Positions 25,231 through 34,251 of a DNA stretch of 64,000 bases are shown in pieces; position 1 is the stretch's first letter; each line of letters opens with the position of its first letter. This DNA comes from Gemmatimonadales bacterium (lineage in GTDB: Bacteria; Gemmatimonadota; Gemmatimonadetes; Gemmatimonadales; GWC2-71-9): positions 14,387 through 78,386 of the forward strand of contig JBOHSH010000021.1 in the NCBI GenBank assembly GCA_050733195.1. Direction: 5' to 3'. A model generated the notes under the pieces. The model was given only the letters and a program-made list of their open reading frames with translations. It had not been told where the DNA came from and made no database searches. Both the position numbers and the translations under genes were made by a program.

Positions 25231-25807
25231 CGGGCTTTCCGGGCTGGCCGGCCGTCGACGCGGCCGCCTCCGACCGGAGCGGGACGCCGAGCAGGCCCGC
25301 GATGACGCGGCGGTTGGCGGGCGAGCTCCAGGGGTGCTCGCCGATCACCTTCTTCACGATCACGCCGTCCTTGTCGAGGAGGAAGCTCTCCGGCACGCCG
25401 GTCGTCTGGTAGATGCGCTGGATGTCGCCCGTCTGATCGTGAAGGATGTCGAAGGTGAGGCCGTAGTCCTTCGCGAAGGAGGCGACGTCCTCGCGAGTCC
25501 CCTCGTCGACGCTCACCGCGGCGATGCGGAAGCCGCGGGGACCCAGCTCGCGGAAGAGCTCCTCCATCGCGGGCATCTCGGTCCGGCAGGGAATGCACCA
25601 GGTCGCCCAGATGTTCACGAGGGTGACCTGGCCGCGGTACTTCGTGCTCAGACTGACCGAGTCCCCGGCCAGCGTGACCGCCGCGAAGTCGGGGGCCTTC
25701 TTGCCGACCTCCACACCCTCGATCTCGGGTCCGAACTTGACGAGCGCCGCCGCGCCGAGCACGAGCCCGGCCACGATCGCCGTCACCGCCAGCCACTGCT
25801 TCGACAT
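25223..25807 (-). CDS. Membrane-anchored thioredoxin-fold thiol:disulfide oxidoreductase (TlpA/ResA-like)
   Basis: ORF 25223..26056 trimmed to the ATG at 25807 (MSKQWLAVTAIVAGLVLG), preceded by AGGGAGGAAC. Active site NIWATWCIPCRTEMP. Confidence 0.85.
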   Translation of the reverse strand: MSKQWLAVTAIVAGLVLGAAALVKFGPEIEGVEVGKKAPDFAAVTLAGDSVSLSTKYRGQVTLVNIWATWCIPCRTEMPAMEELFRELGPRGFRIAAVSVDEGTREDVASFAKDYGLTFDILHDQTGDIQRIYQTTGVPESFLLDKDGVIVKKVIGEHPWSSPANRRVIAGLLGVPLRSEAAASTAGQPGKPGG

Positions 25808-25817
25808 CCGTTCCTCC

Positions 25818-26486
25818 CTACACCGGTGTGGCGCACGCGTCGCGAAGCCGGCGGATCGCCGCCCCCACGTCGGACTCGCCGAACACGGCCGTGCCGGCCA
25901 CGAAGGTATCGGCGCCGGCCAGGCGCGCTCCACGAATCGTGTCGACCGTGATCCCGCCGTCCACCTCGAGTGCCGCGCGGCTGTCCCGCTGATCGAGCAC
26001 CCGCCGGACCCGGCGGATCTTGTCGGTCGACCCCGGAATGTAACGCTGCCCCCCATATCCCGGATTCACCGACATCACGAGGACCAGGTCGACGTCGTCG
26101 GCAACCTCCTCCAGGTGGCCCACCGGGGTTCCGGGGTTGAGCGCGAGCCCCGCGGCCATGCCGCGCTCGCGGATGGAGGCGAGCTGGCGCTGGAGGTGCA
26201 GGGTCGCCTCCGGATGGAGGGTGAAGACCCGGACGCCTAAGTCCGCGTACTCGGCGATGTAGTGCTCCGGCCGCTCGACCATGAGATGCACGTCGAGGGG
26301 AAGACTCGAGGCCTTGCGCAGGGCGCGGATGAGCGGCGCGCCGAAGGTGAGGTTCGGCACGAAGCGGCCGTCCATCACGTCGACGTGCAGCCAGTCGGCG
26401 CCGCCGCGCTCCGCCTCGGCGATCTGCTCGCGGAGGCGGCCGAGGTCGGCGGACAGGACCGAGGGGGCGATGCGCACCGCGCTCAC
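25818..26486 (-). CDS. rpe: Ribulose-phosphate 3-epimerase
   Basis: The C-terminal 222 aa of ORF 25818..27206: IAPSVLSADLGRL, HVDVMDGRFVPN, LDVHLMV, MSVNPGYGGQ, VDGGI. The GTG start at 26486 forms a GTGA overlap. Confidence 0.9.
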   Translation of the reverse strand: MSAVRIAPSVLSADLGRLREQIAEAERGGADWLHVDVMDGRFVPNLTFGAPLIRALRKASSLPLDVHLMVERPEHYIAEYADLGVRVFTLHPEATLHLQRQLASIRERGMAAGLALNPGTPVGHLEEVADDVDLVLVMSVNPGYGGQRYIPGSTDKIRRVRRVLDQRDSRAALEVDGGITVDTIRGARLAGADTFVAGTAVFGESDVGAAIRRLRDACATPV

Positions 26487-27247
26487 GGACGGTCTGCCGC
26501 GATCAGGAGGTTCACCCGGCCGTCTTTCGGGGCGAGGATCCCGGCCGACGGCTGCTGGTCGAGCACCGTGCCGGCCGCACCGCCTTCGCGGGTCCGCACG
26601 GTCCCCACGCGGAGTCCGAGCGCCTCGAGCCGCTCGCGCGCCTCGTCGTGCGGCAGGCCCACGAGGTTGGGCACGCGGATGTCCGACGGGCCGCGGCTCA
26701 CGGCGACTTCCACGGTGGTGCCGGGGGGCCGCATCGAACCGGAACCGGGTCTCGTGCTCACGATCACGCCGGGCACCGCGCCGCTCGGAATCGTGTCGAT
26801 GCTCCCGACGCGGAACCCGGCCGCTTCGATGATCTGGCGTCCCTGCTCGAGCTCGAATTGCGCGACGTCCGGCACCGGCACGGTCGCCGGACCGGCGCTG
26901 GGGACGAGGTGCACGGTGCCGGTGCGGGGGAGCACCATCTCGGACGGCGGATCCTGCCAGACGACGCGCCCCGGAGGAATGACCGGATCGGGCACCGGCT
27001 CTTCGACGCGCACCTTGAATCCCTGTTCCTCGAGCTCCTGCTGCGCGGCGCTGATCGGAAGGCCGAGCACCCGGGCGACGGCCCGATCCCCGACGATCAG
27101 CGGAGCGGGGTAGGCCCACACCGTGATGAGATATCCGATCACGATGGCGCCGACCAGGATGACGACCGCGCTCAGGCGCTGTCGCCCGCGCACGGTTCGG
27201 GGCCACCCGCCGCGTCGCCTTCGGCGCGAGGAGCGGGGTTCGGACAT
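26483..27247 (-). CDS. PASTA-domain membrane protein (short Arg-rich tail, 1 TM, 3 PASTA repeats), no kinase domain
   Basis: The C-terminal 254 aa of ORF 26483..28129 from the ATG at 27247 (1-nt overlap with the rsmB stop). TM helix LSAVVILVGAIVIGYLITVWAY followed by three ~65-aa repeats with PASTA-like spacing. Confidence 0.75.
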   Translation of the reverse strand: MSEPRSSRRRRRGGWPRTVRGRQRLSAVVILVGAIVIGYLITVWAYPAPLIVGDRAVARVLGLPISAAQQELEEQGFKVRVEEPVPDPVIPPGRVVWQDPPSEMVLPRTGTVHLVPSAGPATVPVPDVAQFELEQGRQIIEAAGFRVGSIDTIPSGAVPGVIVSTRPGSGSMRPPGTTVEVAVSRGPSDIRVPNLVGLPHDEARERLEALGLRVGTVRTREGGAAGTVLDQQPSAGILAPKDGRVNLLIAADRP

Positions 27248-28572
27248 CAGGCGACTCGGCGAAGTCGCGCCGCGTAGGCGCCGTCCATGCCGTGCCGCTG
27301 GGGCAGGATCATCAGGTCTCCGGCAGCGGTGAGGAGGTCGGCGGGAGCGCTCGCGCCCGGCTCGCGCCGGAACCGTGTGTCGGCGGCGAGAAATGCGTCG
27401 ACCTGGGTCTCGTTCTCTTCCGGCTCGAGCGAACAGGTGGAGAAAAGTAACCAGCCGCCCGGGCGCACGATCTCGGCCTGCGCGCGGAGGAATCGCGACG
27501 CCTGCTCGGTGAGGCCCTCGAGCGCGTCGGCGGACACCCGCCAGCGCGCATCGGGATTCCGGGCCAGCGCGCCCGTACCGAGGCACGGGACGTCGAGCAG
27601 CACCGCGCCGACCGGACGGACCGGGGGCCGGTCGGCCGAGGCGAGCAGCGAGAAGGCGGGACCGCTCGCGGCGCGGCCGAGATTGCCGACGAGCCTGCGA
27701 ATGCGGTCGCGTCGGCGGTCCGCGGCCACGACCGTCCGGCCGCTCCTGGAGAGCCCGACGGTCTTGCCCCCGGGAGCGGCGCAGGCGTCGAAGACGGTGG
27801 CGGCATCGGTCTCGAAGAACCGGAGGACGAGGGCCTGCGCGGGATCCTGGACCTGGAAGGCGCCGGAGGCGAATCCCGGCAGCTCGCGAGGCCTGGACGT
27901 CTCGACCACGATGCCGGCGTCGTAGGGCGCTCGCGCCCACCGAACGCCGGCGCGGTCGAGCGCGGCCGTAATGGCGTCGGCGTCCCACCGTGCGGGCTGC
28001 AGGACGAGCGACGGTCTCCTGTTGTTCCAGGAGAGCAGTCGCTCCGTCTCGTCCAGGCCGAAGCGGGCGACCCACCGTTCCACCAGCCATTCGGGATGCG
28101 ACGAGGCCGCGGCGAGGTCGGTCGCGCATGCCGGGGCCGCCTCGACCGTCTCCGCCGCTCCGCCCCGGAGGCTCCCGCGGTCTCCGGCGGTCGCCACTCG
28201 GCGGAGCACCGCGTTCACGAAGGCGCCGACCCGCGCTCCCGACACCCGGCGCGCGAGCTCCACGCTCGTCGAGACCGCGGCGTGGGGAGGCACCCGCTCG
28301 AGAAAGAGCAGCTGATAGGCGCCGAGGCGGAGGATGTCGAGCAGATCGGGGCGCACGCTGTCGAGCCCCAGGCTCACGTGCGGAGCGATGGCGCCGTCGA
28401 GCCGGGCCCGCTGCCGGAGCGCGCCCGCCGCAAGCTCGTGGGCGAGCCGTCGGTCCGCCTCCTCGGTGAGGGCTCCGAAGGCGCGATCGATCGCCAGGTC
28501 GAAGGGGACGCCGCGGTGCACGTCGTGGAGAATACGCCAGGCGGCGGTGCGGGCGGCGAGACCCGGAGACAT
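27247..28572 (-). CDS. rsmB: 16S rRNA (cytosine967-C5)-methyltransferase
   Basis: NusB-like N-terminal domain plus methyltransferase core DACAAPGGKT and LLFSTCSLEPEENE. Confidence 0.85.
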   Translation of the reverse strand: MSPGLAARTAAWRILHDVHRGVPFDLAIDRAFGALTEEADRRLAHELAAGALRQRARLDGAIAPHVSLGLDSVRPDLLDILRLGAYQLLFLERVPPHAAVSTSVELARRVSGARVGAFVNAVLRRVATAGDRGSLRGGAAETVEAAPACATDLAAASSHPEWLVERWVARFGLDETERLLSWNNRRPSLVLQPARWDADAITAALDRAGVRWARAPYDAGIVVETSRPRELPGFASGAFQVQDPAQALVLRFFETDAATVFDACAAPGGKTVGLSRSGRTVVAADRRRDRIRRLVGNLGRAASGPAFSLLASADRPPVRPVGAVLLDVPCLGTGALARNPDARWRVSADALEGLTEQASRFLRAQAEIVRPGGWLLFSTCSLEPEENETQVDAFLAADTRFRREPGASAPADLLTAAGDLMILPQRHGMDGAYAARLRRVA

Positions 28573-28575
28573 GAC

Positions 28576-28596
28576 GGTGACCGGTGGCCGGTTACC
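28576..28596. repeat. GGTNACC-type heptamer triplet (GGTGACC GGTGGCC GGTTACC)
   Basis: Occupies most of the 33-nt thiG-rsmB spacer. It is nearly self-complementary. Confidence 0.8.
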
Positions 28597-28605
28597 GGGG
28601 TGCGG

Positions 28606-29412
28606 TCACTGCGGCTTTCCCGTCTCGGGTGAGCTTGGAACCGCCACCTCGCGCCGCGGCATCCGCCCCGCGAGGTAGGCGAGCCGGCCGGACTCGGTCG
28701 CGTGCCGCATCGCTCGCGCCATGGCGACCGGATCCCGGGCGTCGGCGAGGGCGGTATTCATGAGGATGCCGTCCACCCCCTGCTCCATCACCACGCAGGC
28801 ATCGGAAGCGGTGCCGACACCGGCGTCGACGATCACGGGAACCGAGAGCCGGCGCTTGATGGTCCGGATCGCGTACGGGTTGAGCAGCCCCAGTCCGCTG
28901 CCGATCGGCGAGGCGAGGGGCATGACCGCCGCGCAGCCCGCCTCTTCCAGGCGCAGCGCGGTGATGAGGTCCTCGTTGGTGTACGCGAGCACCTGGAACC
29001 CTTCCCGCACGAGCACCCGCGTCGCCTCCAGCAATCCCGCGACGTCGGGGAGCAGCGTCTCCCGGTCGCCGATGACCTCGAGCTTCACGAACTCGTTGAA
29101 GCCGGCCTCGCGCCCGAGGCGCGCAAAGCGGATCGCTTCGTCGGCGGAGTAGCATCCGGCCGTGTTGGCGAGGAGGAAGAAGCGCGCCGGGTCCAGATGG
29201 TAGAGGATCCCTTCCTCGCGGCGCCTGTCGAGGTCGACGCGGCGGACCGCCACGGTCACGACTTCCGCACCGCTCGCCTCGAGCGCGGCGACCATCTCCG
29301 CGTTCGACCGGTACTTGCCGGTGCCCACGAACAGGCGCGACCGGAAGGGCCGTCCGCCGACGACGATCGGATCGTCGAGGGCGGACACCGGACTGTCGAC
29401 CACGCCGGTCAT
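28606..29412 (-). CDS. thiG: Thiazole synthase
   Basis: FRSRLFVGTGKY..., LKLEVIGD..TL.PD, AVMPLASPIGSGLG and VIVDAGVGTASDA are ThiG blocks. Confidence 0.9.
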   Translation of the reverse strand: MTGVVDSPVSALDDPIVVGGRPFRSRLFVGTGKYRSNAEMVAALEASGAEVVTVAVRRVDLDRRREEGILYHLDPARFFLLANTAGCYSADEAIRFARLGREAGFNEFVKLEVIGDRETLLPDVAGLLEATRVLVREGFQVLAYTNEDLITALRLEEAGCAAVMPLASPIGSGLGLLNPYAIRTIKRRLSVPVIVDAGVGTASDACVVMEQGVDGILMNTALADARDPVAMARAMRHATESGRLAYLAGRMPRREVAVPSSPETGKPQ

Positions 29413-29414
29413 TT

Positions 29415-29639
29415 TCAGCCTCCTCCCACGAAGTGCACCAGCTCGACCGAGTCCCCGTTCGCCAGCGAGGTCCGCTCGAGGTCGGGTCGGCGCACGATGC
29501 GCCGATTCACCTCGACCACGACGGTATGAGAATCGAGGCCGAGATGCTCCAGCAGTCCCGCCGCCGTTGCGGGCGCCGGAATGCGGCGGACTTCGCCGTT
29601 CACCGTCAGCACGACCTCGGATGTTGTGCCAGTCATCAT
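29415..29639 (-). CDS. thiS: Sulfur carrier protein ThiS
   Basis: 74-aa tail of ORF 29415..29825 from the ATG at 29639. LTVNGEVRRIPA...VVVEVNRRIVRR...SLANGDSVELVHFVGGG, with a C-terminal GG. Confidence 0.8.
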   Translation of the reverse strand: MMTGTTSEVVLTVNGEVRRIPAPATAAGLLEHLGLDSHTVVVEVNRRIVRRPDLERTSLANGDSVELVHFVGGG

Positions 29640-30262
29640 CAGCTGCTCTCCGTCCACGGTGCGACCAGCGCCGCCGCGGCCGACGCCGGGTCGGCCGCTT
29701 CCCAGGCGGCGGAGATCGCCGCGACCCCCCAGGCTCCGGCCGCTCTGGCTTCGGCGGCCCGGTCCGCCGTCACGCCGCCGATCGCGAACACGGGCCGTCC
29801 CGCGGCGGTGATCCCCTCGAGCCATCCGAGCCCCTTCGCCGGCCGGCCGGGATGCGACGCGGTCTCCCAGACGTTGCCGGCGAGGAGGAAGTCGGCGCCG
29901 TCGTCCACCGCCTCCCGCGCCTCGTCGGCGGAGTGCACCGAGGCACCGATCCAGGCGGTTCCGGCGACGGCGCGCGCGTCGCCCGGGGAGAGGTCGGTGC
30001 GGCGTTGCACGACGCCTTGCGCGGCGACCGCCCGGGCGAGATCCGGCCGGGCGTGCACCAGGAGCGACGCTTCCGGCGGCCGGCAGAGCGCGGCCACGCG
30101 CTCGGCGAAGGCGGCGTGCTGCGCCGCGGTGGACCCGGGCGCGCGAACCACGATCCCCACGGCCGGTCCGGTGGCCGCGATCGCGGCGGCACGCACGCCG
30201 AAGTCAGGGGATCGGCAGAGGGCATCGGTGGTGAGCGCCAGCAGCCGCGGCAACGGTCTCAC
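29639..30262 (-). CDS. thiE: Thiamine-phosphate synthase
   Basis: Tail of ORF 29639..30487 from the GTG at 30262 (GTGA overlap with the fmt stop). LALTTD..., LLVHARPDLA, IGASVHSADEA, GADFLLAGNVWET.SHPG, VFAIGGV. Confidence 0.75.
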   Translation of the reverse strand: MRPLPRLLALTTDALCRSPDFGVRAAAIAATGPAVGIVVRAPGSTAAQHAAFAERVAALCRPPEASLLVHARPDLARAVAAQGVVQRRTDLSPGDARAVAGTAWIGASVHSADEAREAVDDGADFLLAGNVWETASHPGRPAKGLGWLEGITAAGRPVFAIGGVTADRAAEARAAGAWGVAAISAAWEAADPASAAAALVAPWTESS

Positions 30263-31191
30263 GCGAATCGGGCTCCGCCGCGGAGGCGGTCCGCGCGTCC
30301 CCGCGCCCACGCGACGGCCGACATGCGGGGCCGGCCGGCGGGCTGTACTTCCGCAATCTCCACCGCTCCCCTTCCGGCCGCCACCCGGAGCGCCGGGTGG
30401 GTGGCGAGAATCGTCCCCGCCGCGCCGGAAGCCTCCAGCACCCTCGGGCCGAACACCTTGAGATCGGAACCGGCGATCGTGGTCCACGCCGCCGGCACGG
30501 GGTCGAAGGCGCGAATCTTCCGGGTGACCGCCTCGGCGGAGTCGGACCAGTCGATCCGGGCGAGCGACCGGTCGATCTTGGGCGCGAAGGTGGCGTCGGC
30601 GCCGTTCTGCGGCCGACGCGGGAGCCGCCCGAGGCGCATCAGGGCGAGCGCCTCCAGGAGCGCATCGGCGCCGAGCCGGGCGAGCCGTAGCGTGAGCTCC
30701 CCGCCGGTCTCGTCGGGCTCGATCGGCGTCTCGACCTGGTGCAGGATGTCTCCGCTGTCCATTCCGCGATCCATCTGCATGATCGTGACACCCGTCGTGG
30801 TGTCGCCGCGGAGAATCGCATGCTGGACCGGCGCGGCGCCGCGGAGTGCGGGCAGCAGGGACGCGTGAACGTTGATCATGCCGCGGCTGGGCAGCCCGAG
30901 CACGGACGGCGGGAGCAGATGCCCGTAGGCGACCACGACGCCCAGCTCGGGATGCCAGTGCCGGAGATGCTGCAGGAAGACGTCGCCGGCGGGCTTCTCC
31001 GGCTGCAGCACCTCGAGCCCGTGGGCCCGCGCGAGCTCCTTGACGGGCGGCGGCACGAGCGTCGAGCGGGAGCGCCCGCGCGGGCGATCGGGCTGGGTCA
31101 CGACGCCGGCGACATCGGCCCGCTCCGCGAGGAGTGCCTGCAGCGTCGGCACCGCGAACGCGGGGGTGCCGAAGAAAACGATCCGCATCAC
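30259..31191 (-). CDS. fmt: Methionyl-tRNA formyltransferase
   Basis: RIVFFGTPAFAVPTL, VVTQPDRPRGR, INVHASLLPALRGAAPVQHAI and the C-terminal beta-barrel domain. Confidence 0.9.
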   Translation of the reverse strand: MMRIVFFGTPAFAVPTLQALLAERADVAGVVTQPDRPRGRSRSTLVPPPVKELARAHGLEVLQPEKPAGDVFLQHLRHWHPELGVVVAYGHLLPPSVLGLPSRGMINVHASLLPALRGAAPVQHAILRGDTTTGVTIMQMDRGMDSGDILHQVETPIEPDETGGELTLRLARLGADALLEALALMRLGRLPRRPQNGADATFAPKIDRSLARIDWSDSAEAVTRKIRAFDPVPAAWTTIAGSDLKVFGPRVLEASGAAGTILATHPALRVAAGRGAVEIAEVQPAGRPRMSAVAWARGRADRLRGGARFA

Positions 31192-31721
31192 TCCGGCCGC
31201 GCGGGTTCCGGCCGGATGGTCTTGAGGATGCCGTCGCCGCGGTGCTCGCGCTTGTAGCGGGCGAGGAGGAGCTGGCGCTTGAGGGCGGTCAGGTGATCGA
31301 TGAAGAGGATGCCGTCGAGATGGTCGATCTCGTGCTGAATCGCGCGGGCGAGGAGACCCTCCGCCTCGAGACGGTAAGGCAGACCCGAGCGGTCGAGGGC
31401 TTCCAGGACGACCCGCGCCGGACGGGACACCTCCGCGTAGACGTCGGGGATCGAGAGGCAGCCTTCCTCGGCGCGGTCGGTGCCCTCGGCGCTCACGATG
31501 ACGGGATTCACCATCGCGAGCCGGTCGTGCTCGACGCCCACGACGGCCACCCGGTCCGCGACGCCCACCTGATTCGCCGCGAGACCGATGCCCCGGGCGG
31601 CATCCATCGTCTCGAAGAGATCGTCGACCAGGCGCCGGGTGTCGTCTCCCACCTTCCCGACCCCGGCGCTCCGCTGCCGGAGCGCGGGAGAGCCAAGGAG
31701 GTGGAGGTCGCGCACCGCCAC
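31188..31721 (-). CDS. def: Peptide deformylase
   Basis: Tail of ORF 31188..32096 from the GTG at 31721. GIGLAANQVG, EGCLSIP, HEIDHLDG. Confidence 0.9.
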   Translation of the reverse strand: MAVRDLHLLGSPALRQRSAGVGKVGDDTRRLVDDLFETMDAARGIGLAANQVGVADRVAVVGVEHDRLAMVNPVIVSAEGTDRAEEGCLSIPDVYAEVSRPARVVLEALDRSGLPYRLEAEGLLARAIQHEIDHLDGILFIDHLTALKRQLLLARYKREHRGDGILKTIRPEPARPE

Positions 31722-31723
31722 GG

Positions 31724-32044
31724 TCAGGCCGTCGGCGAGACGACCTCGCCCACGCGGATGATCCGGCCCCGCTCCACCACGAGGGTGGAGGTGCCGCTCT
31801 CGATCGTGACCCGGTCGTCCTTGATGTCGCGGACCCTGCCGATGATGCCGCCGGCGGTCGTGATCTCGTCGCCCTTCTTGAGCCCGGCGAGGAGCGTCGC
31901 GTGCTTCTTGCGCGCCTGGGACTGCGGCCGGATGAGCAGGAAGTAGAAGATCAGGATGATGGCGCCGAACTGGAACAGGAGGATGGCGAAGCCGCTGCCC
32001 CCGCTTCCGGTCGGCGCCATGAGGTCGAGCAGCCAGGTCGTCAT
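31724..32044 (-). CDS. yajC: Preprotein translocase subunit YajC
   Basis: ILLFQFGAIILIFYFLLIRPQSQARKKH...LKKGDEITTAGGIIGRV. The ATG at 32044 forms an ATGA overlap with the tgt stop. Confidence 0.85.
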   Translation of the reverse strand: MTTWLLDLMAPTGSGGSGFAILLFQFGAIILIFYFLLIRPQSQARKKHATLLAGLKKGDEITTAGGIIGRVRDIKDDRVTIESGTSTLVVERGRIIRVGEVVSPTA

Positions 32045-33186
32045 GCGCAGTCTCGTCCGTGGTAGCGCCGGAGCCACCCGCGGCTCCAGCTATCAAACTC
32101 TCCCGAGAGAATCGTCGCCCGCGCGGCTCCGGCGAGCCGCAGCAGGAACCGCACGTTGTGCAGCGACACCAGCCGGAGCCCGAGAATCTCCTCGGCCACG
32201 AACAGGTGGCGCAGGTAGCCGCGGGAGAACCGCGCGCAGGTGGCGCAATCGCAGCCGTCCTCGAGCGGCCGTTCGTCCGTCCGGTGGGCGGCCTTGCGGA
32301 TGTTCACCCGCCCGTCGGCGGTCCAGGCGCTGCCGTGCCGGCCGTTCCGCGTGGCGGCGACGCAGTCGAAGAGGTCGACGCCTCTGGCGATTCCCTCGAG
32401 GAGATCCTCGGGGAAACCGACGCCCATAAGATAACGCGGGCGGTCGGCGGGGAGCCGCTCCGAGAGGAGGTCCAGCACGCCGTACATCACCGGCTTGGAT
32501 TCGCCGACCGAGAGGCCGCCGACGGCGACGCCGGTCCAGGGACCGCGCTCGAGCGTGCCCTCGAGCGAGCGAAGCCGGAGGTCGTGATGAATACCGCCCT
32601 GGATGATGGGCCAGAGGGTCTGACGTCCGTCCGTCTGCCCCCCTGCCAGGCCTTCATGCCGTGCCCGGCACCGGTCCAGCCAGCGCAGCGTCCGCTCCAT
32701 GCCCTCCTCCGCGAGCTCCCGCGAGGCCTGCCCGGGGACCACATGATCGAACGCCATCGCGATGTCGGCGCCGAGCGCCCACTGGATCTCCATCGAGCGC
32801 TCGGGCGTGAGCGTCCGGGCGGAGCCGTCGATGTGGCTGGTGAAGGAGACGCCTTCTTCCGCGACGGTCCGCAGGCCCGCGAGGGAGAAGACCTGAAAGC
32901 CACCGGAATCGGTGAGCATCGGACGCGACCAGCTGATGAACCGGTGGAGCCCGCCCATCGCGCCGATCGTCGCTTCGCCGGGACGCAGGTGCAGGTGATA
33001 GGTGTTGGCGAGCATGATGCGCGCCCCCGCCTCCTCCACCTCCGCGGGATGCAGGCCCCGCACGGCGCCGTACGTGCCCACCGGCATGAACGCCGGGGTC
33101 TCCACCGCGCCGTGCGGGAGCACGAGACGCCCGGCGCGGGCGCGCCCTGTGGTCCGCTCGATGGTCAGGTCGAACATGGCGCGCAA
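32041..33186 (-). CDS. tgt: Queuine tRNA-ribosyltransferase (tRNA-guanine transglycosylase)
   Basis: GRARAGRL.LPHG.VETPAFMPVGT, TDSGGFQVFSL, and the zinc motif CDCATC....YLRHL. Confidence 0.9.
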   Translation of the reverse strand: MRAMFDLTIERTTGRARAGRLVLPHGAVETPAFMPVGTYGAVRGLHPAEVEEAGARIMLANTYHLHLRPGEATIGAMGGLHRFISWSRPMLTDSGGFQVFSLAGLRTVAEEGVSFTSHIDGSARTLTPERSMEIQWALGADIAMAFDHVVPGQASRELAEEGMERTLRWLDRCRARHEGLAGGQTDGRQTLWPIIQGGIHHDLRLRSLEGTLERGPWTGVAVGGLSVGESKPVMYGVLDLLSERLPADRPRYLMGVGFPEDLLEGIARGVDLFDCVAATRNGRHGSAWTADGRVNIRKAAHRTDERPLEDGCDCATCARFSRGYLRHLFVAEEILGLRLVSLHNVRFLLRLAGAARATILSGEFDSWSRGWLRRYHGRDCA

Positions 33187-33201
33187 AGGTAACCCCCGGG
33201 C

Positions 33202-34251
33202 TCACCACACGAGCATCGCGTCGCCGTAGGAGTAGAAGCGATACCGATGCTCGGCGGCGTGGCGATAGGCCGCCATCGTCGTCTCGTAGCCCGCGAAGGC
33301 CGCGACCAGGAGGAGCAGGGTGGACCGAGGGAGATGGAAGTTCGAGAGCAGCCCGTCCACGGCCCGGAACCGGTATCCCGGCGCGATCATCAGCCGCGTC
33401 TCGCCGCCGCCGGCGGCGACAGTGCCGTCCTCGCGCGCCGCCGACTCGAGCGCCCGTACGACGGTCGTCCCGACGGCCCAGACCCGCGCCCCGCGGCTTC
33501 GGGCCTCCGAGACCGCGCCGGCGGCGGCGGGGGGAATCTCGTAGCGCTCGGGGTGCATCGGGTGGCGGCGGTAGTCCGCTTCCTCGACCGGCCGGAAGGT
33601 TCCCGGGCCGACCTCGAGCTCGAGCTTCGCGACGCGCACCCCCTTCGACAGGAGCTCCTCGAGAAGCGCTGTGGTGAAGTGCAGGCCCGCCGTGGGCGCC
33701 GCGACGCTGCTCTCCCGCTCGGCGAATACGGTCTGATACCGGTGGTCGTCCTCGTCCGCAGGCTCCCGCTCGATGTAGGGAGGAAGCGGGAGACGGCCGA
33801 AGCGGCGCATCGCCTCCTCCGCGGTGGCGCCGATTACCCGCACGCGGCGGTAGCCCTCGTCCAGCACCTCGAGGGTGAGGATCTCCACGCCCTCGCCGAT
33901 CGTGATCCGCCGGCCGGGGCGCAGCGCGCTGCCCGGGCGTCCCATCGCCACCCAGGTCTCGTCGGCCGCCGGGTGGATCAGCAGCACTTCGGCGGGGGCT
34001 CCCGAGGGGCGGTGGCCGAGGAGTCTCGCGTGCCGCACTCTGGAGCTGTTGAGGACGAGGAGGTCGCCGGGGGGAATGAGGTTGGGGAGATCGGAGAAGT
34101 GAAAGTCTTGCAGACTGGGTGTCTGAACGTTCTCCCGTCGAACCACGAGCAGCCTGCTGTCCCCGCGCCGCGCGGACGGCGTCTGGGCAATGAGCTCGGG
34201 CGGGAGGTGATAGTCGAAGTCGGCGGTCCGGAGCGCCGCCGGATCACGCAT
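33202..34251 (-). CDS. queA: S-adenosylmethionine:tRNA ribosyltransferase-isomerase
   Basis: Tail of ORF 33202..34665 from the ATG at 34251. [26 protein letters not shown]...[13 protein letters not shown], and the C-terminal SYGDAMLV. Confidence 0.9.
   Translation of the reverse strand: MRDPAALRTADFDYHLPPELIAQTPSARRGDSRLLVVRRENVQTPSLQDFHFSDLPNLIPPGDLLVLNSSRVRHARLLGHRPSGAPAEVLLIHPAADETWVAMGRPGSALRPGRRITIGEGVEILTLEVLDEGYRRVRVIGATAEEAMRRFGRLPLPPYIEREPADEDDHRYQTVFAERESSVAAPTAGLHFTTALLEELLSKGVRVAKLELEVGPGTFRPVEEADYRRHPMHPERYEIPPAAAGAVSEARSRGARVWAVGTTVVRALESAAREDGTVAAGGGETRLMIAPGYRFRAVDGLLSNFHLPRSTLLLLVAAFAGYETTMAAYRHAAEHRYRFYSYGDAMLVW

Noticed and set aside
25818-28129. Long N-terminal extensions of ORFs 25818..27206 and 26483..28129
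   Set aside because: Only the C-terminal parts match Rpe and the PASTA protein. The extensions overlap better-supported genes in other frames, and internal GTG/ATG starts give classic 4-nt or 1-nt operon overlaps.
29413-30262. TPP riboswitch upstream of the thiE-thiS-thiG genes
   Set aside because: thiE overlaps the fmt stop, and thiS and thiG follow with gaps of 0-2 nt, so there is no leader in which a riboswitch could reside.
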